A DNA stretch of 64,000 bases from Octopus bimaculoides. Its lineage: Eukaryota. Under the pieces are notes generated by a model, which saw only the letters and a program-made list of their open reading frames with translations, searched no databases and was not told the origin of the DNA. The translations under genes were made by a program, and so were the position numbers. The stretch spans positions 18,733,166-18,797,165 of the forward strand of contig NC_068985.1 in assembly GCF_001194135.2 (NCBI RefSeq), written 5' to 3'. This document shows positions 12,483 to 26,960 of this stretch, piece by piece (within the stretch, counting starts at the first letter, position 1; every line of letters begins with the position of its first letter).

Positions 12483-13477
12483 AAAGGTTTTGTAGGGAAA
12501 ATGTATGTAATTACAATGTGAAACGATAAGCTTATCACATATAAACTACATTATATGACTATCATATTTCAATTTGTCCTCTTTCAGATCAGTTGTTTAT
12601 AATTCATGAGATTTACTATACAGGATGTAAAGCTCATATTGCTGACTATATTTTGAGAGACTGCAATTGGCTATCAGGCTGAGGTACCATCCCTGTAGTT
12701 TTGTTGGCAAACACTCATTCCAGATAGCAGATAAGAGACAAAAATTTAACATTCCTTTCATCTTTCTAAGAGAATCTTTCTTTAGACAGTTAAAAATGTT
12801 TCATAAAGGAAACAGAGTCATTTAAATAATATAGGACACATAGTAGGAGAAGAGGGTATGTATGCTGGGGAAGGCAGTATCATGAGATGATGTGGTCTCC
12901 CCACATAATTGCCAACATGCCATAAAGAATTTTTCATAAGTTTGTGTAAACAGATGTGATATTTTGACTTGTCACTGATAAGTATGATATAAACAGAAAT
13001 GGAAAGACACTTGGAAGAAACTATCAACCAAGAGAACACAAAGCATCAGCTAAAATAAAGTGTTATGATCTTAAGAGATTTTGTTTCATTTGAAGCTGAC
13101 TATCATCCTGCCAAATAAAGAAATGAGGCAGAAAATATACATCATAATTTCATTAATGCATTTTTTCTGAAACACCTATGTGTGCAACTGAAGTCTTCAC
13201 AAGGCTTACATTGACCATAGGCTATAATAGAAAACACTTGCCCAAGGTGCCATGAAGCAGGACTGAACTCAGAATCATGTGGTTCAGAAGCAAGCTTCTT
13301 ACCACACATCCACACCCGTGCCATTAAAAATTTTTTTTTTTAATCTCATTGAAAGTTATACACAGAAAATTTATAATCAAGTATCTTAACTATAAAAAAA
13401 AAAAAATTGTGTTTAAGGGATATTTACTAAAGTGCCAACATTAACAATATACAGACAAGAAAATGAAAACATCTTAC

Positions 13478-13618
13478 CAAATTAACTTTCCCACGATTTA
13501 ACTTGTGATCGGAACCACTTAGATTTTTCGGTGGAGTGTTTGCAATTTTTAAAGTGGGGTCTCCAAAACGGCGCCTAAGATGTTGGATTTTTTCAGCAAA
13601 ATCAAACTGTTTTGAAGA
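13478..13618 (-). CDS. DENND2: DENND2-like coding exon (SSKQFDFAEKIQHLRRRFGDP...GKVNL)
   Basis: Acceptor ttttctgattgtAG, donor GTAAGA, 141 nt, phase 0-0, open frame. Retains CpGs in a CpG-poor region. Confidence 0.8.
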
Positions 13619-14049
13619 CTACAATCAGAAAATATTAATGGTTTGATAATAATTACATCAATTAAAATTAAATTTCAAGTATGGAATTCAATTCAAATTA
13701 TATGTTATAAATAATTAAAAGTGTAACATCTGTTATAGATAACATGAACCTTAACTTAGCAACAGGCTATGATGTTCTCCTAACATCCGAAAAACATGCA
13801 AAAATCCTTTAGTAAAATCACTGCTGATACATTTCCAAAGCTTTCTTGCAAAAGACAAGCTCCCTAAAAAGCTAAAAAGGAGCTTTATGTCCTTTCCATC
13901 AGCGAGGAAGCAGAGTACATGTTAAGATCTATAGATCTATTTTTGATTTTACATAGCAAGGTTATGGAATGCATTATCAGAAAGAAATTGGTTGTTTCCA
14001 GAAGAAAATGACTTGTTTCCAGAAGAAAATGACAATCATCACATTTTCC

Positions 14050-15300
14050 AACAAAGTAGATGCTACCTCACACTGTTTTTATTATGATTAAATATTGAAG
14101 TAGATGTTCAATAAGTCAAATGTAGATGTGGTGCATTTCAACTTTGCAAAGGATTTCAACAAAGTTGTGGGATAATATGTCATAAGCTACGTGATCTCAG
14201 CAAGACTGGAAATGTAGAAGAGTGGATGTGTGAGTTTTTAAGAAACAGGAGTCAAGTTGCTACAATCAACAAAACCCTTTCAAGAAAAGTGGACGATTCT
14301 CGCTAGTGGGTCATTGCTTTTTGCAATATCTCTCTCAGAGTAGTGGATAAAGGTGCTAGTTAATGTAGTGCAGTCAAATAGAAGTTCTGAGTTCAATCCC
14401 AGACAAATCACAAAACACCTGAAGAAGGCTAGAGCATACATAGCTGAAACAGTAAAAGCAACAACCAAGAACACCCAACATGAGGACACTATTCTAACTG
14501 ATACATAATAAAAAAAATTCCTCATCTAAGAAATGCAGAATTGTATTAATTTCCTTCAATATGCTACTGATGGCAAAATATGAAAGATAATTGTAAGTCT
14601 GGATGATGTCAACAGCCTACACAAAAACTTCAATACCATAAACAATGGGTAGGTGTAAAGTAAACAGCATGCAATTTAATATTAGAAAATTACAAATACA
14701 CAACTATCAACTAACACATTCCACTCTGGATGTATAAAAGATAAGAAATCACAATCTCGAATTCAGAATATATTAATGAGCTGAGAATTATAAATAGTGA
14801 TGATGAATAATGTTATGAACATGTTACTATGATGGGGTGGAGCACAGAAGATTGGAATGATGAATCCTGGGAACATTTAGAACAAGTCATATTGGTTCTG
14901 TGTAAGACACTTGTTCTCAGCCATTTGAATAATTGCTCTGAGATATAGTTCTTATCCCCATAGTGTCAAACTCATTACTGAACTGGAAATAATCCAATCC
15001 TGCAGAAGATTGCCTGTAAGAGGTTAAAAGCAAAGAAGAGAAAGACATGCTGTAATTAATAGCCAGACCTTGGAACAACCGATACTACACTCTGGCATTA
15101 AATACTATGTAAAACTCTAAACCAGATGCTACTATATGAACCTTAAAAGTTCAGCCTCCATCATCCCAAGCTAGAACTAGATACTGTTATAGCTTGGAAT
15201 TCAAAGCACCACACATCTCCAGTATCCACCCACAAAACATATGGGATATGTACATAATAAACATCAAGAAATCCAAACAGGATTTCTACAAGCTAGTTAG
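14050..15300 (+). mobile_element. CR1-like LINE RT relic
   Basis: NVDVVHFNFAKDFNKV (DFxKAFDxV-like), EWMCEFLRNRSQV and QYATDGKI (YADD-like) motifs; highly decayed. Confidence 0.6.
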
Positions 15301-15642
15301 ATCACAGTAAAAGGCATATACGAAAGCAACAACATCAAATCCACTTTTATTCATCAAAAATCAAGCATAGAACAGAGGCTGCTGGCAGAAGTTGAATGAA
15401 TACAACACAGAAAAAGTGAAAGTTTTAAATAACATTATTTCATCCTTTCTAAAACCATATGCCATAATATCAGCAAAACATGAGATTAAAGTTATATGTT
15501 ATAAAAGTTAAACTATTTCATTTTTGATATTACTTGGATTACCTTTTCTCATATATATATACAGCCAAAATATAAGGCAAACATTCTTCACTAAAGGCCT
15601 TATCATTATGTGTTGAATTCACTTAAGCAATTATTATTCTTG

Positions 15643-15885
15643 TGGAGGCGCATGGCTTAGTGGTTAGGGTGTCAGCACCATGATCGTAAGATTGTGGTTT
15701 CAATTCCTGGACCAGGCGATGCATTGTGTCCTTGATCAAAACACTTCATTTCACATTGCTCCAGTCCACTCAGCTGGCAAAAATGAGTAACGCTACAATG
15801 GACTGGTGTCCCGTCCAGCTGGGGAATACATACACCATTGAAACAGGGCCCATGAGCCTGGCTAGGTTTAAAAGGGCGCATTTAT
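15643..15885 (+). mobile_element. tRNA-headed SINE family C
   Basis: A-box tggcttagtgg, B-box-like ggtttcaattcc, body gtgtccttga.caa.acactt...ctccagtccactcagctg. The same head occurs at 17140-17460 (minus) with a different 3' body. Confidence 0.75.
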
Positions 15886-18800
15886 TATTTATTTAATTAT
15901 TATTCTTATGCAGACACATAATTTCAATTATTTCGACATTCTTCATTATTTACACTTCAAAGTAAGTTCTGAGTTCAACCTTTCATTCATCTGGTGTCAA
16001 TAAAATAAAGTACCGGTTAAGTACTGGAGTCGATGTAATCCACTAACACCCTCCCTCAAAAACTGATGGTCTTTGTGCCTAAATTAGAAGCAATTATTCA
16101 TATTTATAAATGGTATGTTTGCAGAATCTCAACCATTTATTTTTTCAGCCCCTAAGCTCTCAATTTGACAAGAACTATGAAACAAACATGTTAAAGACAA
16201 TGAAATAGGCATGCAATAAGAATTCAAGATAGGAACAGTTTCCATAGGTGCTATTATCTTATTTTGATATTTTATTCATCATTCTGATTCTGACTTAATT
16301 ACACAGTAGAAAGCTCATGTGACAAAACACTAATTGTTAGCTGCAGTCCCCTGGTTTTATGATACAAACTTCCTGTTTTAAAGCGATCTAAATAAAAACT
16401 TTCCAACAAAATTTCATGTTAATTTATGTTCCAAACACTAGTTTAATAATAACAAAGATCATCACACACATCATCATGATCATTGTTTAACATCCACTCT
16501 CCATGCTGGCATGGGTTGGAGGGTTTGACATGGAGCTGGCTAGCCACTAAATTCCTCATTATTTTCAAAATTAATTGAAACAGAAGTAGTGTATTTCAAC
16601 AAAAATATAGTAAAAAAAGGGTTAATAAACTATTTATAATTTGTTTGACTTTATCAATGGAAACATTTTTTTCAACACATAATATACAAAAAACAAATTT
16701 CTTACAATTCTTTTCTTTAATTCAAAAAATTAAATGCTCTAATAAATGTCAAAAATTTTCTATGTTGTATTGATATTTTTCTTATTTCATTGAGAGAAGA
16801 AAAAAAAAACAAACAACCTTAACAACCATCACCATGTCAATGGTACAAATGAGAAAGGTGGTGAGCTAGCAGAATCATTAGCACAACAGACAAAATGCTT
16901 AGCAGTATTTCATCTGGATTTACATTCTGAGTTCAAATGCCACCAAGGTGGACTTTGCCTTTCATCTTTTCAGAGTCGATAAAATAAGCACCAGTCAAGC
17001 ACTGGGGTTGATGCATTTGACATTATTCCCTTGCCTTCAACATTTCTGGTCTTGTGCCAAAATGTGAAACTTTTATTGTTCAAATGGGAACTTTTACAGA
17101 GTTTATATAAGGAATAAATGCATTTATCTCTTAAACTGGCACTCCGTTAGTTTCGATGACAAGGGTTCCAATTGATCCAATCAATGGAACAGCCTGCTCA
17201 TAAAATTAATGTGCATGTCGCTGAGCACTCCACAGATATGTGTACCCTTAATGTAGTCCTCAGAGAGATTCAGCATGACACAGAGTGTGACAGGGCTGGC
17301 CCTTTGAAATACAGGTACAACTCATTTTTGCCAGCTGAGTGGACTGGAGCAACATGAAATAAAGTGTCTTACTCAAGGACATAATGTGTTGCTGGGAATT
17401 GAACTCATGACCTTATGATTGTGAGCTAAATACCCTAACCACTAAGCTAGGTGCCTTCCTTTATTTTTTAGATTTAAATGAAATAGCCAGATAATTGTCA
17501 TGTAAATTTAAAAACATACTACAATATGTTCAATACACATAGTTCATTTTATGAAGTATGTATATGGAAGCCCACATTAAATTTATTTTATGAATTCCAT
17601 TCCATTTTTTACCACTGGTCCAAAGAAAGTGAGAAATACTTAGATTGTGTAGGACTCTCAGATTAGAGGGAAGACCTGTCTAGTTGGAGTACTTGGAAGT
17701 GAAGAGAGTATTAGAATGTCAGTTCTAAAGATGAAGGACTAATTTTAATGCTTGTATTTAGAACACAAAGTTTGGACTTTGAAATCAAAACATAAAAGGA
17801 TATAACTAAATATCAAATAATAATGGTTTCAAATTTTGGCACAAGGCCAGAAATTTTGGGGGGTTGGGGGTGTAGTCAATTACACTGACCTCAGTACTTA
17901 ATTGGTACTTTACTTTATCAACCTTGAAAGGCAAAGTTGACAATGGCATGATTTGAACTCTGAACATATAAAACCGAAAGAAGTGTCGAATTATATTTTG
18001 TCCAACACTAAATGATTCAGCCAAACCATTGTTCTAATAATAATAATAATAATAATGGTAATAATATTAATAATTGCTTCTAATTCAGGTACAAGTTCAA
18101 CAATTTAGAGGGGAAGAGGTTCAGACCTCCATTGCTTTACTGAAACTCTTTTTTATTGACCACACAGGGATGAAAGATAACACTAACCTCAGTAGAATTT
18201 GAACACAAAACATAAAGTGCTAAAAGACACACTGCAAAGCATTAATTCTTTATCCCTTCTAATAGNNNNNNNNNNNNNNNNNNNNNNNNNNNNNNNNNNN
18301 NNNNNNNNNNNNNNNNNNNNNNNNNNNNNNNNNNNNNNNNNNNNNNNNNNNNNNNNNNNNNNNNNNNNNNNNNNNNNNNNNNNNNNNNNNNNNNNNNNNN
18401 NNNNNNNNNNNNNNNNNNNNNNNNNNNNNNNNNNNNNNNNNNNNNNNNNNNNNNNNNNNNNNNNNNNNNNNNNNNNNNNNNNNNNNNNNNNNNNNNNNNN
18501 NNNNNNNNNNNNNNNNNNNNNNNNNNNNNNNNNNNNNNNNNNNNNNNNNNNNNNNNNNNNNNNNNNNNNNNNNNNNNNNNNNNNNNNNNNNNNNNNNNNN
18601 NNNNNNNNNNNNNNNNNNNNNNNNNNNNNNNNNNNNNNNNNNNNNNNNNNNNNNNNNNNNNNNNNNNNNNNNNNNNATAGACTGAACCTGAAATCACATG
18701 GTTTCAAAGCAAGCTTCTTAACCATACAACCATGTCTGAGGTAACTAGAAAAATGGTTTCTTCAATGGCCTCTAAACCTACAAGGTAATACAAGATGTGT

Positions 18801-18930
18801 CATGCAGAAAGGTGAAATAAACATTTGGGAGCATACAAACATAATAAAATAGTGGAAGTGAGGTACACAAAAATATAATACATGAAAAAAAGGTTAAAAA
18901 TTTAAATACAATGAATCTGAATTTACTTAC

Positions 18931-20260
18931 ATCTTTGCTATTAGTTGTGTTTGGTGCATCTTTGATATAAAATTTGTAAGGAACGGCATAACCTTGTTCA
19001 TCTACATACACCTCTATATTGTTCAGTGCATCTAAATCATCACGAGATCTGCCAAACTTCGATGTTTCTAAATAGATTGCATTATTACAATTAGACTTAT
19101 TATCAGGATGTATACTTTCCACACTTAAACATCTCCTCAGGCTAAAATTAGATTTTGAATTGTTTACATCTGATATCACAGAATTTGTAACAACTGAGGG
19201 CTTTGCGTTACCGTTGACAGTTTTTAAAGAATTCCTCAATCCCTTATCTTTTTCTTTATCTGATAACGGAGATTTAGGGGCAGGTGGCCGGGGTGGGGGT
19301 GGACGGGGTGGCCTTTTGTGAGCATTTTCAGTTTTTGGTTTAGATATTTTATTAGGAGTTGTCATCTCATATATCTCATTTTCTTTAAAAACAGTCTCTT
19401 TATTTTTTAAAAAATCATGTTTATAAGTCCGAGGTGGTTTTTTAGGTGGTGTACCAGTTGGAAGATTAGATGGTTTTGGCGGAATTTTAGGAATTTTGCT
19501 TTCTGTATTTTCTTTATCCATCATGTCAACCTGAGATTTGGCATCATTGCATAATGGTGAGGTGCTTACTGTAGTATCTTTTCTATTGGAATCTCTTACT
19601 GATGAGTGCCTAGACACTTTTTTATGTTGAAGATAGTCTCGATTGTATATAGCAGTGGTAGGCCTAGCTGCAATTTCAGGTTTTTTAGGTGTTTGGAAAC
19701 TTTTAGATTTGTTCAAAACTTCATTAGAACGATTTATGTCCTCACATCCAAAACTTGCAGAACCTTCAGATTTTCTCTCTTTTTCAAATGAGTTACTATG
19801 TTGACTGGTAATACAATCAGAGAATCCTCTCTTGTGATTTGGTACAAAGGGTCGAAGTTGACAATTACTGATATTACTCTCTGGGTTAGTAATTTCCGTT
19901 TGTGCTACCTCATTGCTTTCATTCTTTATAAGTGAATCTCGCTTGACACGTGGAATGACAACAGGAGGAGTAGGCTTTTCTTCAAGATCAACTTTTTTAA
20001 CCTTAACTGTAGGTTTTGGTGGGAGCACTGCTGATGATCTTGGTGCTGGTTTAGGAATAGGGGCAGTATTGTGAAAGACACTGTCATTTGAACTATTGTC
20101 ATTTTCCACCTGTGAAGTGAGTTTAGCTTGTTCAAACTTCAGTCTAATGTCATTAAACCTTCCGGGTGGGAGATTCTGCACTTCTTGCTGACTTTCATCA
20201 TCCATCATTTCTTTTGTCTGATAATATCCATCAAGATTTATATTTCCAGCAAATAATTTT
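18931..20260 (-). CDS. DENND2: DENND2/ST5-like Rab GEF, large proline-rich N-terminal exon
   Basis: Acceptor tttttttgtttgtttcAG at 20262-20261 and donor GTAAGT at 18930-18925. The frame is open across the whole exon; first ATG at 20208, then 426 codons to a phase-0 end. PKKPPRTYKHD resembles the recalled DENND2 PKPKRTF motif. The family call rests mainly on the uDENN exon at 3346-3486. Confidence 0.85.
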
Positions 20261-21299
20261 CTGAAACAAACAAAAAAAATATAGGTATATAAAACTAGAT
20301 TTAACCATGTGCAATTTTACACCATTTAAATGAAAGGCATTAATTATTTCATGACAAATAAGAGATATTTTTTCTCCCCCAAAATAATGTCTTAAAAAGA
20401 AAAAAAAATCATCCTAGATCCGATTGCAGAGTTAGGCCAGTATTACATGATTTAATTCACTACAAACATTTTTTCTTGAATATGCGCTGCTGAAATTAGG
20501 GTGTATCTAATATGTCTATGCATCTTTTATGCTATAGAATATGGCATATATTCAGGTTACACATGCTTTACTTTGTTTTTATCCCAATTCAACAATTAAT
20601 AAGTCTATAGACTGTCAATTCTTCACATATGTATTCGTTCTAATGGTAGGTATGAGCATAAACTGAAAACCTGGACAGTTACTTCCTTTCACTTTGCAGT
20701 AGAAATCTAATATATTACTTCTTCAAATGAATTATCTAGTTAAGAACAATTCATAAGTAAGCTCATGAAAATTGATGTACATTTATTACACATACATAAA
20801 CATACATTATATGTAAATACATAGAAGATATATATTCATTCATTTGTTTAATGGCTGTTTTTTCATGCATGCATGCATAGGTCGAACAGGGCTATATATG
20901 AAGCAGGGCTTTGTGACTGGATGCTCTCCCTGTCACACCAACCTCTACATTTTATAAGGGATTTCTTATTCTACAGGTCTTCAAAAGTACAGAATAAGTG
21001 GTCTTATTTGCTGAATCTGTAGAAAGAGTATTCATGACACTTGCAGGGCCTCTTATAATGGCAAGTTTCATGCTGTCAGTGTTTCATTAAATTGCTACAG
21101 AAGAAAGACATGAGAAAGGAGATTCTTGAGGACTGATACTCTGAGGAGGAAAAACTAAACATGGTGGTTAGTGCCAAGCAGGATGGGATTGGATGCAACA
21201 AGGGCGATAAGAAGTGGAGAGATGGGTGGGTCAGGAACCTGGGTGATGGAGGATGTTAGATATCAAATGATTCTCCTAAGGGGAAAGAAAATAGGTGCT

Positions 21300-22270
21300 T
21301 AAGCACGTGTTTTTTTCCAAAACTTCATAAGTTTAAATTTTCTCTCAGTAAGCAAATTTGTTTTAGACCAGACTGAAATTTTATCCATTGGTAACTTGGA
21401 AACTTGTGAATTTTCTATTTTGTTGTTTTTGATGACATCTGTCATGTCATTTACGTGCACTACAAAGAGGAGACCCAACATAAATCTCTGGGGGGACACC
21501 TCTGGTGACTTTTGCTGGGTTTTGTGGGTTCAGCATGTTGAACCCAAAACATGCTGAGTTCTGCTTACCTGCAAATACTTAATCTAGTGTTATAACCTGT
21601 AAGAGAGTTTTAACAGTAGAATGTTAAAAGTTGTGTCTGTGTGTCAAAGGCTTTGCTGAAGTCAAGATATGAAACATCTGTATTTCATCATTCTCCTAAA
21701 ACTTTTGGAATGTCATCAAAGCAAATGTAGAAAGCTTTTTTACACAGTCTTTGCTACAATGAAAACCATGCCAATTGAAATTTAGGAGATTGTTACCCTC
21801 CAGGAAGTTAGTTGTTCTTGACCTTACCAGCCTATCAAATATTTTGATAATGAGAGATAAATGAGACCAGATGATATAAATTATTTCCTTGTTGAAAAAT
21901 AAGATAAAAAATTAGGATAGGAAATGTTTGGGAACATAGCCTGCATCTAACAATTTTCTCCAGAGATTAGCTAGATGAGATGCAAGTTAGTGTTGGTATT
22001 CCATCTGGGTGCTAGCAGGGAATCTATTGGGAAGGCTACTGAAGAGTAATATTTAATTTCATTTATTGCTATGAATACATCCGTGATGTTAAAAGATATG
22101 TTGAAAATCTGTAGGGAGCTGGATTCATTGATACTACCAAAGTCAACCTCAGTGGGATTACTAAAGACAAAATAGTATTTCTGTAGAATCTCTATCCTTT
22201 CCTTGATATCATTTACAAAAGCAACAATGATGTAAGCAAAAGGTATGGGCAAATGTAAATGCAAATTTTT
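21300..22270 (-). mobile_element. CR1-like LINE RT relic
   Basis: SPQRFMLGLLFVVHVND (PQGSVLGP-like), NLLNFNWHGF and LTSAKP-like motifs. Confidence 0.6.
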
Positions 22271-22475
22271 ATAAGTTTACCAAAAGAAACAGAAGTGAGT
22301 CTTTTTAGATAAATCAAAATATATTTATTTACTGCACTTTCAAAAATTATACTGAGTTGCTACCGGCTTAGTAAAAAATGTTAAAAAGTAGAGTTAAAAA
22401 TATCTTTTTAGTGAAAAAAGTCCTTGTGGGAGGAATTAGTCTATGATTATGTGCTATAAGAATGTTTCAGATAAA

Positions 22476-22852
22476 TTCTTTTATTCTTTTACTTGTTTCA
22501 GTCATTTGACTGTAGCCATGCTGGAGCACCACCTTTTAGTTGAGCAAATCAAACCCAGGACTTATTCTTTGTAAGCCTGGTACTTATTCTATCGGACCCT
22601 TTTGTTGAACCACTAAGTTACAGGGATGTGAACAGCATCGGTTGTCAAGCGATGTTGGTGGGGGCACAAACACAGACACACAAACACACACATATATATA
22701 CGATGGGCATCTTTCAGTTTCCGTCTACCTCACAAGGCTTTGCTCGGCCTCAGGCTATAATAGAAGACACTCGCCCAAGAACCATGTGGTTGGTAAGCAA
22801 CCAACTTACCACACAGCCACTTCTATGCCTCCACACAGCCACTCCTGCACCT
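22476..22852 (-). mobile_element. SINE family B copy
   Basis: Reverse complement of the family B consensus. Confidence 0.75.
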
Positions 22853-23240
22853 CCACACAGACGTATGTAAAAATAAATAAATAAATATGGGCGTGCAAGT
22901 TTTGGAAACTTGTAAAAGAGCAATTTTGGCATGTCTATGTTTGAGTATGACAAAGCAGTTCAGTTAAAATGTGTGCAAACGTCTTAATAGCTAGTATATA
23001 TAAAAATGATTGTGTCTGATTCTATGTAAAACACATACAATTAGAACATATGCAAAACAAGGCAAGATCCCATGAAAAAAAAAAAAATTATCAGATGAAC
23101 AAGAAATGGGGTTTCAAATTATTGGCAAAACTTCCTGTTTCTTNNNNNNNNNNNNNNNNNNNNNNNNNNNNNNNNNNNNNNNNNNNNNNNNNNNNNNNNN
23201 NNNNNNNNNNNNNNNNNNNNNNNNNNNNNNNNNNNNNNNN

Positions 23241-23281
<41 letters not shown>

Positions 23282-24114
23282 GTGGCTATCTGCTCCCTGC
23301 AGAACTTGACCTCTTCTTGTACCTATAATTGCTCTTTCCTTGCATGAAATCTTAAATTTCATGCAAGCACTGATGGCTGGCATTAGGAAGGGCATCCAGC
23401 TGTAGAAACCAAACCAAAACAGACTATGAAACCTTGTGTGGTTCCTGGCCTTGCTGGCTCCTATCAAGCCATCCAGCATGGAAAACAGACATTAAATGAC
23501 AATGATGATGACTAGACACTACACAGAGTAGTAAAGACTCCTAATGAACACCCAACTCGGAAACAGATGTAAAAAAAAAAAAAACTGCACTTTCCAATCC
23601 CTTACTTGCAAGGTTTTGACTAGTGAATCCCAAGTCTAGGTTGAACTAACACAAATTCTCCTCTATCTAGTCTTCCTATCTCATGAACTTCCTAGATTTA
23701 TACTTGTCTATGAGGAATAACTATGAACTTTCACTCTCCAGATTCTTTGGATTTTCTCCTAAATTTGTATATTTTTTTTATACTCTCTTCTGTATAAATA
23801 TTTATAAACAAATTGATGCTTTTAAACTGCCTGTCCATCTTTTATTTTATTATACTGACATTAGCTTGACCTCTACACTGTCTACAACCAGCTCTTATTA
23901 CTACACTCAACATCGAATTTTAAGCACTTGATTTGGTCTGAGCATTTTTTGTGTGTACTTATTATATGTCATTTTTCATGGTTTCTTACTTATAACACAC
24001 ATATACATACACTATTTACCAAGACTACTGGTCTGTTGAATTACTAAAATATTTTCTTCTTGATCTGTATTTTCATCAAGAAATAGAAATCCTTTATTGG
24101 ATTGCTTTTGATAA

Positions 24115-25805
24115 CACTGTATAACAATGAGAAAAAAACAAATAAGGATAACCTTTTCTAGGGGTATTTGGTGTGTAGATCATGAATATAACATCTGTTT
24201 CTTTCTGCGACCCTCCAGTTTCTTATAAATTACTGTCTTATTTACGTTAAATACACTGATGGTTCTGTAGGAATTGAGAGCAAACAGGATTGGGCTAAAA
24301 CTGACAACTCTAAAAGTTATGAACGGATTTTAATATAATTATAATGAGATGTTCCTAAGGTATTTGTCAACCTAACCTATGAAAATTATAAAAGTACACT
24401 CAATATTTTTATAGTTATATGGGTCCAAATTCAAGGTAAATCACCCAACCAAACTCAATGATCACTTACTAAGCTACAGAGTGAAGTCTTGGCCTCACGC
24501 CTGCAACAATGGAACCTGTTGGATAAAGATGCTTGAATTACAGTATTTAGGAATTGTTCTGCAAATCTATAGCAATTCTTCACTTTGGGAAACAACTTGA
24601 CTTATTGTAATGATATCAGAGACCTATTCAATGCCCTTGAGATAACATATGAACCAAATGAGTGGAGGTTATTCATAGATGCTTCCCTTTACAGCATAAA
24701 AGCAATTCTGTTGAACACTGGAAACAGCATGCCTTCAGTTCCAATTGCTCACTCAATCATTGAGAACCTCGCTTTTAGTCTAGACTGCTTAAGTTCCAAG
24801 GAGCATGAGTGGCTAATTTGTGCGAACTTGAAAGTAGTAGCCCTACTTAATGGGCTACAAACTGGATACACCAAATGTATGTGCTTCCTTTGCAAGTGGA
24901 ACAGTAAGGCCAGATCAGAACATTATGTACATTCAGAATGGCCACCTCAGGAAACTATGATGCCTGGATGCCATAATATAAATCATGAACCACCAGTTAA
25001 GAAGGAGAAAATCATTTTGCCACCACTGCATATAAAATTAGTCCTAATGAAACAATTCACCAAAGCACTGCAACATATCATGCCAGGTTTCCAGTATCTC
25101 AAGGCAATCTTCCATAAAATAAGTGATGCCAAGATTAAAGAGAGCATATTCGTAGGCTCTCAGGTTCATCAACTTATAGCTGATGAGGATGTCAAGATGA
25201 TAATGGATGAAACTGAGCTAGTAGCATGTCATGCATTCAAAGATGTATGCAAAGGACTTCTGGGAAAGCACTAAGTGGCCCAGCGTGAGAGTATACTGGA
25301 GAGCCTAATCAAGTGCTACGTAGATCTTGGATGCAATACGTCGCTGAAGATACACTTCCTTCATTCTCATCTGTCCTTCTTCCCAGAGAATGCAGGAGAT
25401 GTGAGAGTTAAACATGGAGAGAGATTCCATCAAGATATAACATCAATGGAAAACAGGTATAAGGGGAAAATGGAGCCCAGCTATGCTGGCTGACTTCTAC
25501 TGGAACCTGAAGCGTGGCACACCTGAGAAGTCTTATAAACAAGGAAGTAAATACTAAAATGTAGGTTAATACATTATATAATGCTAACAAACACGCCGAT
25601 TGATTATATATTTATGAATCAATTACAATGAAGAAATTTAATCTGACTTTGGGAACAAAATAAATTCATGGTATCAAGGAAATTGGTATAAATTACATAG
25701 GTATTAAGTCAGTATTTTATAAGAAAATGTGACATGATGGAAAATTTTTGTTATAAAATTTGAATTTAGTACAATCAACTTGATCCTGAAATTTGTTGTA
25801 CAGTG
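24115..25805 (+). mobile_element. Chapaev3-type (CMC superfamily) DNA transposon, degenerate and internally deleted
   Basis: TIRs CACTGTATAACAA / CACTGTACAACAA and a 3-bp TAA duplication on both sides. Transposase relic at 24585-25530 has WRLFID, CFLC (C2C), PPLHIKL, HFLHSH (H4H) and HGERFHQD motifs, an in-frame stop at 25272 and a late frameshift. Confidence 0.85.
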
Positions 25806-26769
25806 TAATTAATATTTAAAGCCTGACTTATGGATACTCTTAATTTAGTTAACAATACTTGCCTTTCTGTAATTTTTACTGTTTCCCCAGCTCTTTATTT
25901 CTAAGTAAAACCTATTCTGGGATCCCTCTTTTAAGAGATACCCACCATCTCATTCACCTTTATTCATAAGCTTTCTCCCAAACATCAAACTTCTCTTCTT
26001 TTATTGTACCTTATGAAGGTCATTATGCCAATAATTATCACATGAGCTGGTTCTATTTCACTTCTTTTATTATTGCTAATCAACTAAAGCCAGCAATCTT
26101 TTAGGGGAGGAGTAAGTCAATTACACTGACCCCAGTGGATCAAGTAGTACTTCATTTTATTGACATTGAAATGATGAAAAGCAAAGTTGACCTCAGCAGA
26201 ATTTGAAATTAGAATGAAGAGCCTGAAGAAATACCACTAAGCATTTTGCCTAGCTTGCTAATGCTTCTGCCAGTTTTCTGCCTTTAGTTGACCAATAATA
26301 ATAAAAGAAGTGAAATAGAATCAGTGCATGAGTTTATTATTGGCATAATGATCCTCCCAAAATACCACAAAATGTTTCAACACAACATCATACATCAAGT
26401 TCACATCAAGAATTTTGTAATACAAATATAATGATTATTCAAACTTCTCTCTACTACAATATTGTGTCCTCGTCACAACTAATATTCCTGAAGCTAATGA
26501 CAGATCCATCATCATTTCTGACTCTAGTTGTAGTGCTCCTTCCTCGCTTTTACCACTATCCTCTTCCTTTGATATTCTCCCTAATTCAATCTAAGATAAT
26601 ACAAAATTTCTTTGTCTTTTGTATCTATTTTTAGAATATCCACTATTTCAAGTAGGCCTTTCCATTCCGAACTATAAATTCCATCAGCTGATTCATTTGA
26701 AAAGCACATTTAGACCAAAATACACATTTATTATATATTTTGTAACAAATTATTTTAATGTCTCATAAA

Positions 26770-26960
26770 CACCGTTTTGTGGGAACAGGCAAACCAGCAA
26801 CCTATTGAATCTCAGATCAAGAGGAGAAAAGGGCTTAGCTGGGACACGTTCAACAGAAACCTGTTTCCAACATTACAAGACAAACCTTCCAGTTGATACC
26901 CCCAAGGGACACACAAGTTCAGTAGATCAAAAGCAACATGAAAAAAATCCACAGAAACGA
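26770..26960 (+). mobile_element. RTE-like LINE C-terminal relic
   Basis: GHVQQKPVSNITRQTFQLIPQGTHKFSRSKATWKK resembles GHxLRKPxxxITRQALxWNPQGxRxRGRPKxTWxR. Confidence 0.55.

Noticed and set aside
15643-15720. tRNA-like A/B boxes (also in other SINE heads)
   Set aside because: No full cloverleaf; they continue into SINE bodies present in many copies.
18778-18930. Hydrophobic C-terminal tail of the 476-aa ORF (VSKFRFIVFKFLTFF...)
   Set aside because: Starts exactly at a GTAAGT donor; it is read-through into the intron, not a transmembrane segment.
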